Origin: Kondoa subrosea
Taxonomy: Eukaryota
Direction: 5' to 3'
NCBI GenBank assembly: GCA_039545335.1
Contig: BCIN01000001.1
Coordinates: forward strand, 3,227,136 to 3,291,135
Length of the DNA: 64,000 bases
This document shows positions 56,101 to 64,000 of this stretch, piece by piece. Under the pieces are notes generated by a model. That model was not told the DNA's origin. It saw only the letters and a program-made list of their open reading frames with translations, and ran no database searches. The number at the start of each line of letters is the position of its first letter. The first letter of the stretch is position 1. A program made the translations under genes and the position numbers.

Positions 56101-56525
56101 TGCGTTGTCGCGATATCTTGGTCGCCATCACTTCATCATTCACAACAATGGATGATCCTGCTGTCTATACTTGTGTGGTTACGCTGCACGGCCTCAAGCT
56201 TGCAACCAATACGAATCCCAGTCAAGTCACTGCAAGGCAATTGGCTTGTAAAGCTGCGGTAGAAGCTCTCGAAAATATGTCCGAAGAAGAAGTCAAGCTT
56301 CGCTGCAGCTGTTCGCCGAAGTCCTTATCGAAGAAAGGTCACTGGCAGCTACGCAAATCAAGTGCAACAACGCTGCAACCTGAACGTATGCTCTCTGCAC
56401 ATCTTGCCTGCGAGGCAGCTCGCTGATATTAGTCAGCAGAAGTCAAAGGAGATGTGGCAGCTGCTGCTATCGACGCGCCTATCGATGCTCAATCGCATAA
56501 GAGGAGCTGGTGTACAATCTGCTGA
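53136..56525 (+). CDS. Dicer-like RNase III: DUF283 - central region - RNase IIIa - RNase IIIb - dsRBD, no helicase
   Basis: DUF283-like RASVVLP..GPILPTKKLARQ.AFYAC. RIIIa DYESLETL|GDCYLK..LSDCIEALIGA. RIIIb TYERME|FLGDAILD..KELCDVFEAVIAAVFVDSG. dsRBD YTCVVTLHG..ARQLACKAAVEAL. Confidence 0.9.
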
Positions 56526-56683
56526 GGGCCAGCGCATTTTGGGTATTCTTTCTGTTTGTGCAATATGTTCAGCACTCGTTCAGAGAAGTGAGTAAGAAAA
56601 GAAGAGATGAGTTTATGCTGTATTATGGGGGTTTTCTAAGTCTACATGTATACACTTTTATGCTTTACCCAAATCATCAAATA

Positions 56684-59543
56684 TCATGAAAGCGTTGATT
56701 CAGCTGCAACTTCTATTGCTGACTTTGCTGCTGGATTATCTGGCCTGACATTTCCACCTCCTCGTTCGCCAGCCGCTCTTATACCTATGCTGCCAACATT
56801 TGCGGTTCTCATTGGTTTTGGTGCACCAGGTTTAGACTTTGGACCAATACCAAAATAAATGGAGATCCACTCCCTAGCGAAAATTTCGCCGAAGCCTGAA
56901 AGGATAGCCATCAACGCAAGCCAGAACACTAGTAGGAAATCAAAACGAACCTAGCATGACTCCGTTGACAAAGGGTAAAAAGAGATTCACGCCCAGACTC
57001 GCAAGAATGGTGAAGACTCTTCTTCTCCAAGGCACAGACGGTGAATTCATGTTATTGAAGATAGACATAGTAAGGGAAGGCGCTTCAGGTTGTGGTCCTG
57101 ATGCTTGGGATTCTGGCATGACTTTGTCCATAAAATCGGGAAAGTCTGGTATAATGGGTTTCGACAAGTCTTCATCGGAATCGGAATCGTGCGCTTGAGA
57201 GATGCCTCTTCTGTTTGGTCTAGGAGTTGCATCCACGGAAACAGGTTCAGAGATGGACTTTTCGTTTGTAGAGGACGTGGAAGCTATTGATTGGGAAGAT
57301 GTGAACAGATCGTGAATAGGTGCGACTTTCGCAAGAATCGGTGATTCATCATCCGCTACACTTGCTAATGATATTGCTGCCATATCGTCTTCAATTGCTT
57401 GTGACGCAGCAGTAGATGAGTCAAGCGCAGTTGTGCCATCACCTTTGATAGCTCCCTTCACAGAGACTGGGGTAGGCTCTTCTAAATTTGGGTCCCAGTT
57501 CGCTGATATACGCGACATAGGCAGAAGTTCAGATGACCCTGCCTGCAGATTCTGTTGCGCTTGTACTGTTGCTGAGCTCTTCTTGGGAGTTTCTCGTAGA
57601 GGCTCGCCAGAAGAAAGTTGTAAATCCGGATCCTGCTGATCTTCTTGCACAGAGTGAGGTTCGGTGTCAGTAGTAAATGGCTGAGATGCGTCGTCTACTG
57701 GCTTAGAAGTATCTGCATGCAATTGAGAGGAAGGCTTGGAGGAAAGTTGCAAATCTGCGTCTGCTTGATCGTCTTCTACTGTTTTCGGTTCTTTAGTGTC
57801 ATTTGCTCCGTGGAGCGTTCTTTCAGACGACAGTTCCAGATCAGTGTCCGTTTGTCCTGACCTGGCAGAATGAAATGTTGCGGTGGTTGCAAATGATGCA
57901 GGAACATCGTCTTCTTGCTCTGGAGGAGAAGTTTGGAGGGAATTTGTAGATGATGAAGGAGAAAGATCAGCTTCGTTCTCTTGCATTGGCTGCGAGTCTT
58001 GAGCTGCTTCTGGATTTCTACTGACCGCTGGACTTTCTCGCGATGGTTCTCCTCTTGACAGTTGCAAATCTGCATCGGCATGTTCTTCCTCTACTGGATG
58101 AGCGGGTGTATCGGTTGTGAGAGGTTTGGCGATATCTTCTTCTACCTCCTTTGGCGATTCTTTGAGGTCTTCTGGATTGGCAAGTGACAGATCCACATCC
58201 GCATCCTCTTTTTCTTCAGATTCCTGCTCCGCTTCAACAACTTTCGGACTTTCCCTTAATGGTTGACCGGAAGATAGTTTTAGATCTGCATCCTCTTGTT
58301 CTTCCTTGACTACATGTACTTCTGCATCGTCCATCAAAGGCTTGCTGATATCTTCTTCTTGTTTTGCTGGTGGATCAACCAGAGAAGAAGGAGCAGCAAG
58401 TGTGAGATCTTGATCTTCCATCTCATTCGTACCTTGTTGTGCAACAGTTGAAGTAGTTGGATCAGAAAGTGAAAGAGAAGTGAAAGATAATGACAGGTCA
58501 GGATCTTGATCTTTTACTTCTGTACTAGTCACAGCGGTATGACTAGTTATGAACGGCGAAGAAGCGTCTTCTGCTGGTCTGGCGGGCGGGTCAGATAATG
58601 AAGAAGGATTGCTGAGTTGTAAATCAGCATCGTTTTCTTCATTCGTTTGACTAGTGGTCAATTGGTTCGATACAGGAGGTTCATCTAAAGGCCTGGAAGA
58701 GCTTGAGAGCGAGAGGTCAGGGTCAGTTTCTTGCTGCAGGTCAGTTTCCTCTTGCGATTCACTGGTGAATTTATTCTCGCTCGTGCTGTGATTTGAAAGA
58801 GAGACAGAAGCAGGTTGATCAAGAGACTTTCCAGATGACAGTGATAGATCAGCATCTGCTTGTTCTGAAGAGTCCTCACTCGGCTGCACTGAAGTATGAG
58901 AAAGTGTCGGATCTGATATAGCTTTTCCGCTCTTCACTGAGTTTCCTTCGGTTATAGAAGAATTGACTTGCGAAGACAAGGTTTCTACGGCAGGTTGTTC
59001 AGAAGATGGAACTGAGGAAGGCTGAGGCTCTGAGTTTGAAGCAACCGAAGGTACATCGAGTTCTTTTGATGCAGATGCCTCCATTTGTGGATCAAGTTCT
59101 TCCATTGTAGTGCTGACAGGCTGCGCGGCTTGATCAGATTCTGGAGCATCTTGCGTAGGTGAACTTTCTGAAACGCTATCCACAGGCCCTGGGGTAGGCT
59201 CTTCAACCTTTGGCTGTTCTTCAGTCTTGGAAGAAGAGTCCGTTGGCTGTTCTATGCTCTCTTTGACAGGTAGACGTTCAGGCGGACGATTGTCCTGCAT
59301 TTGCTCGAGCGCATCTCCATTGACAGGCTTGGATTCGCTTGACGATTCAGATGTGCCCTATACGGGTAGTGAGTGTTGAGACTAGAGACATCAACTGCAG
59401 GCTAAGCTCACATTCTCGCTTTCATCATGACTTTCTTCAGCTTTGTCCAATGCAGCGACCTGTTGGCCCTTCTGTTTCTCTTGAAGCTCTTTTATCTGAG
59501 CTGCACTTGGCCTCTTCTTGTGTTTCCTATGGACTGTTGGCAT
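56684..59543 (-). CDS. Mim1/TOM13 mitochondrial outer-membrane insertase domain preceded by an ~800-aa acidic repetitive extension
   Basis: C-terminal SLGVNLFLPFVNGVMLG|FGEIFARE is the Mim1 signature. The upstream 786-codon ORF is in the same frame with no stop, and a first exon MPTVHRKHKK splices in frame. Confidence 0.75.
57580..58870 (-). repeat. 12 degenerate protein-level repeats with core D[A/P]DL[S/Q/K]LS
   Basis: DADLSLSSG, DPDLSLSS, DADLQLSN, DPDLSLSF, DQDLTLAA, DADLKLSSG, DVDLSLAN, DADLQLSRG, EADLSPSS, DTDLELSS, DADLQLSS, DPDLQLSSG. Confidence 0.85.
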
Positions 59544-60522
59544 TTGCTTCCGCTCGCCTCTTTGAGAGCAACCTGCATCAGCTCGAAAAAGACGAAACCA
59601 TGTCTGTGTTGTTTGTTTCAGGCTATCGTTTCCTCCTATCTGGTACGGATGACGTGCAGGACATGGCCTTGACAATGTGTTCTCTCTCCTACCGCTTGAT
59701 GACTTGGGAGAGACATTCATGCAACTCCTTGAACTACTAGTAGTGATTGCAAAGCTGTCTTGTCGTTGGTCATCGCATGTTGGTAAATTGACGAACAGCT
59801 CTTACAAGTGAAATCCACTTTCATCTCGCTTCATACTTTGAGCGAAGTGATGTAAAGCGAACTTTTGCTGAGCTTCAAGCTAGCTGACCGTTCTCACACT
59901 GCTGGTCAACTATGACTCTAGCATGGGCTATTAGTGCGCAATGCTGCGAACATAATAAGGTTCTCGAAACTACGTTCTGTTGCTCAACCAGCTGTCACTT
60001 GCTCACAAGGCTTTCTTCTCGCACATGGTCTGCGATTCTTTCGCGAATTATATTAGTGAGTCCTACCAACCAATTCCTCCCGAGCTGTGAGATGGTACTA
60101 GATGCTTAGTAAGTGAATTTCATGACAAGCGAGGCATTCAAACTTGAATCGCTTTGGTTCATCCTCAAATGCTGAGGACTATGCAAGACGTAGGAATTGC
60201 TGCGCCTGTCAGCTTGCTGTAATTGTAACTTGAACGTAGTGCAAGGAAGCTGAATGTCGACTTTCTCTTCTTGTACCGACGAATCCATGCGTCTATACCA
60301 CACTCATTGAGCGTTCTAAGATACATGCAATACATGATGATGCTCTGCTCTCGTGACCGGTCATTCTTCTTCTGCAGAATTTCTGAGGCCCAAACGCAAG
60401 CATGTTGTTTTTTGCGCGTGCGCATGGCTCCTTCTTTCTCGAACGAGCATTTTGATACCCCAATTTACTGCGAGAGAGCTGGTTTCTCTTATACCCTCTA
60501 GTGATATACACATATACACATT

Positions 60523-62375
60523 ATGCTTTTGAATGCAACGAGGAAATTCTTCTCTGGTGTGGTTAAAGGATTGAAATCGCCTGGTACCAGCAGCGAAGGG
60601 CTTGATAGTGAGAGGTTTAAGAGATCTGCTTCGGATGATTCGGTAGAGCAGGAACTATTGGATGAGAGGCCCGGTAAAAGACGCAGAATTGAAGGTAAGG
60701 CAATCAAGCATTTCATTTACAGCGCTATTTCCTGATATTTACGTCCTCAGATGATCAACTCTCTACCTCGTATGATAATGCAATGGATCCCTTCTTGTCT
60801 CGAGTAACCCAGAACCTGCTTGCCGCACAATGGCAGAACAAGACTATCTTCAGAACCTCTACCTTCTTCTAGTGCTTCGGTCAAAAAGAAGAGTCGCTTC
60901 GTAGAGCACTTTGATACGCTCAAGAAATCTGATCAAGCAAAGATTGCTCAGCTGGAAGCTCAAGTTGATCATTTGCAGAAAGAGGTATGTCCATTCTTAT
61001 CGCACAAAGCTCATCTGACAGTATATCATAGCTCGGATCAAAGCATGTACATTTCGCTGCCACACCCAAAAAATCTCGAACATCGATCTCCTCAGATTGG
61101 ACACCTGTCAATCGACCTCTAGCACCTTTCCCACCACCTCCTTCTTCCATTTCTAAGCCACCTACTGGCAAACCTATCAACAATTGGGAAGAAGCGATAC
61201 AAGGCGCACGTGCTAAATTGAGAGAAACACCTTCCCCAGTACCAGAAACGTCCACTCGAGCAACATGGGCAGCTCGAAAGAGTGCTTTGTCCCATGTGCC
61301 CTCAGCAGCGATGGACAAGTTCCTTAGTGAAGTCAAGACCATCAAGCTTCGGAAAGTAGCAAAGAACGAAGCGAAACGAGAAAACGCTACGGCAGCTGCC
61401 AATCGAGGTCGCATCAATTTCTCATTACGCAAGAAAGCAAGTCAGCATTCTTTAGCTGCTAGTAATGGTCAAGATAATCCGATCGAGGCATGGGAGAACT
61501 GTACCTTCACTTTCAAATCACCTAGTCCTGTTGCAGCCTTGCTAGCAAACAAAGTACAGCAACGTCCATCCACAGTCACTTATGGTCGAGCAGTATCTAC
61601 TAACAGTCCTTCGCCTCCAAGAAACTCACCTAAGATCGAAATCATCTCTGCTACTTCTCCCATTCGCTCACCAATTTTACCTGAATTCAACTTCGGTCAA
61701 GCTCTTACCGGTTCTCCTTCTTCTTCTCATACAATACCTGCTGGAAAACACAGTATTGTGCCAGGGGCTTATGATGGTCTTCCAGCTTTAGTTGCGAAGA
61801 AGAATCGAGAGATGGAAAAAGCATTGCCTGAACCTCCTTCAGCCGAAATCTCTACTATCCCTTTCCCTCGAATGGATCCTGTCCCTTCTTCTCCAACTAC
61901 TCAACAATCTGTCCTGGAGGAGCAAGAGCCTATACCTTTTCCGTCAATGGATGATTCACCTTTCTCCCTTACCAGAAATGCATACGTTCATCCTGTTTCA
62001 GCTGGTCTACCTACTTCAAACACCTCGATGGATATCGATCAACCTTCTTTACCTCTCCCTATGATCAATCTTGTTGAAGCTGTCGCAGCTGGACTTCGTA
62101 GCAGGAAAAGATCCACTGAAATTCTCAAGCTAGAAATAACCAAACCTATCACAGCAAGACAACAGACTTTGAAGAAGAGGAAACGAATAAGTGAATCGTC
62201 CGTCTCATCTTTGGAGCAGGAGAAGGAGAACGAAAATGGAAGAGCATCAGGAGCAATCTCGGAAGTCGTCAAAACGGAAGATGAAGAGCTTTCGGGTTCG
62301 GGTACAAAAGAGAAGTTGGCTGATAGAGTTATTGGATATGGTTTGAGCCCTCTTTTGGATGCGCAAGGACGATAA
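60523..62375 (+). CDS. Hypothetical low-complexity protein with a short coiled coil, Pro-rich tract and WH2-like KLRKV motif
   Basis: Three exons (introns at ~60695 and ~60985). KIAQLEAQVDHLQKE, PFPPPPSS and MDKFLSEVKTIKLRKV. Confidence 0.7.
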
Positions 62376-62606
62376 ACGGAACCTTTTCGGTCGCGCTCAT
62401 TTGTATGTAATTCTTTCAGTTGAGTTGTTGTTGTATTTATGCTCTTCCTTGAATTCCTTGCTTGTCTACTGTGCTGCCCGCCTCTGCTGTTAGACCTGTC
62501 TCTTTCTGATCTTTCATTGGTTCTCGTGAAATATGCAAATGCGTGCTTTGATATAATGCTCATGCCGTTGTACCTGTACATGCATGCTATGCTCCTTCCT
62601 CTCTTC

Positions 62607-63642
62607 TCATACGGAGGCCCGCTCCCCCCCTTCTTCACTGGCGCTCTGCGGTCGCCGTCGTCGGGGTCTTGTAGATCTTGGAGCATCTCGGCAATCATCC
62701 AGCCCAACTAATGACGCGCTTTCAGCAAGTTGAAGCAGCCTTTTGGGACGCAACAGAAACGTACTTCGACAGCATCGCGTACAAGGCCTAAGAACAAGAG
62801 AAAGGAATGGTCTCAGCTTGCGATGAATCTGCAAATTGAGCATGCATTCTCACCTGGCTTCACTGCACTTCTTGTTCGCCTACGAGAAAGCAGCGTGTCA
62901 GTCTTCGGATACTTGACAAATGCAATTAGTACCCACGACTTGACAATGCACCTGTTTGACGGGAAGCAAAGTCAGGTCTAGCCCAAAAAACGCCTTCAGG
63001 AGACGTACGCATGCTCGTTTAACCCTCCGTGGCTCGGGCTCCAACTTGACATCATTCAAGTTCACAATCGTTTCTATCCGCTCTGATGTTTAAATAAGCC
63101 AAAACATCAGACCACATTTTCATTTTAAGATCGACAATCCCGACCCGGAGCGGTACGTACCTTCAACGTATTTGGGCTCTTCTACGGCGTGATTGTGAAG
63201 GGGTTGGGTCAGAGGATATGCTGGATATGGTGGTTGCAGAGGGGGAGAGTTGTTGGAAGAAGAGCTATACGAAGTAGAAGGCCGTCTGAGATTCGGCAAA
63301 AGGTCATCTGTAACAAAAGAAAATGTGTTTAGCCAGGCCACAGAATGTACTTGCAAAACCCTCACTTGATTTTGTAGGAGTATCAGAGGCTGAACTCCAT
63401 CCCTTATATCCGTTATAGGCATTGTTCATAAATATCATTTGATCCGTGTTTGAGGAGTTTTTGCGGTCTGATGCCAGGGAAGCTAGGGTATGAGCAGTAG
63501 AGAGATCCGCTATTGCAATGGAAGAAGGAGGAGATGGAGTCGGAGCAGAATATATTGAAAGCATTGGCTTGAGAAGCAAATGACGATGAAGTGAGACTGG
63601 AAGGGAGCTTGTAGTGCTTGCAGATCCGTATTCTCCAAACAT
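62607..63642 (-). CDS. Zn(2)Cys6 binuclear-cluster transcription factor with the DNA-binding domain at the C-terminus
   Basis: Micro-exons 62937-62951, 62854-62879 and 62765-62787 join to give RRVKRAC|VHCQV|ANKKCSEAR|PCTRCCR|IGLDDC = Cx2Cx6Cx5Cx2Cx7C. Confidence 0.82.
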
Positions 63643-64000
63643 GGTTGGTGTTTGGGGAAAGCAAAAATACAGGCGGTAGGAAGCGGGAGTAAGCAAGAAA
63701 GGAGAAATGAAAAGACGATCTTAAGGCGGAGATCGACAACTGCGATTAGACTTGCCGGTCTGGACCTGAGGTCTCGACTTTTCTGCGCGGTGGAGCTGTC
63801 TTCCGCAACTAGAGTCTGGAGAGAGCGTTGCGCCGACAGCTGTAAAGCGGAAATGAAAACATTCGAGACGCCAAACAAAAAGAAACCAACAGACAGCTCA
63901 ATATTATATACATCGAATTGTTAGTAGCCCTTTGGCGAGATGATACATGTTACAGCATAGCTTTTAGCATTTACACTGCATATGAAGTCAGTGGACTGCG

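Noticed and set aside
57580..58870. Repeats as a CRISPR-like or DNA satellite array
   Set aside because: Eukaryotic context. Similarity is at the amino-acid level with synonymous divergence inside one ORF.
59780..60500. Short ORFs between the Mim1 gene and the 60523 gene
   Set aside because: No consistent exon model or motif. Most simply a divergent promoter/UTR region.

Overview
Gene-dense eukaryotic DNA from a fungus, most likely a compact-genome basidiomycete (inferred from ~50-60 nt GT/GC-AG introns with CTRAY branch sites, micro-exons and the homologue types). It holds about 27 intron-containing genes. Housekeeping genes include a STEEP1/CXorf56 homologue, an RNF216-like RBR ligase, NIPSNAP, a Pil1-family BAR protein, QCR2, long-chain acyl-CoA synthetase, RPS12, a PGC1-like GDPD, two AIM6-like phosphodiesterases, pyruvate decarboxylase, TFIIH SSL1, promethin-like and ERF4-like genes. 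The most unusual part is 43.9-59.5 kb. It has a tandem pair of apparently catalytically dead 2OG-Fe(II) oxygenase-like genes, one ending in two BET-type extra-terminal (ET) domains. Divergent from them is a helicase-less Dicer whose predicted last exon ends in a CaaX prenylation motif. Next comes a Mim1/TOM13 gene with an ~800-aa acidic N-terminal extension containing 12 DxDLxLS repeats. A QIP/Gfd2-like DEDDh exonuclease with SIM-like motifs and a Zn2Cys6 domain assembled from micro-exons are also present. No RNA genes, CRISPR arrays or transposons were recognised. All gene models are manual splicing inferences and no database search was run.
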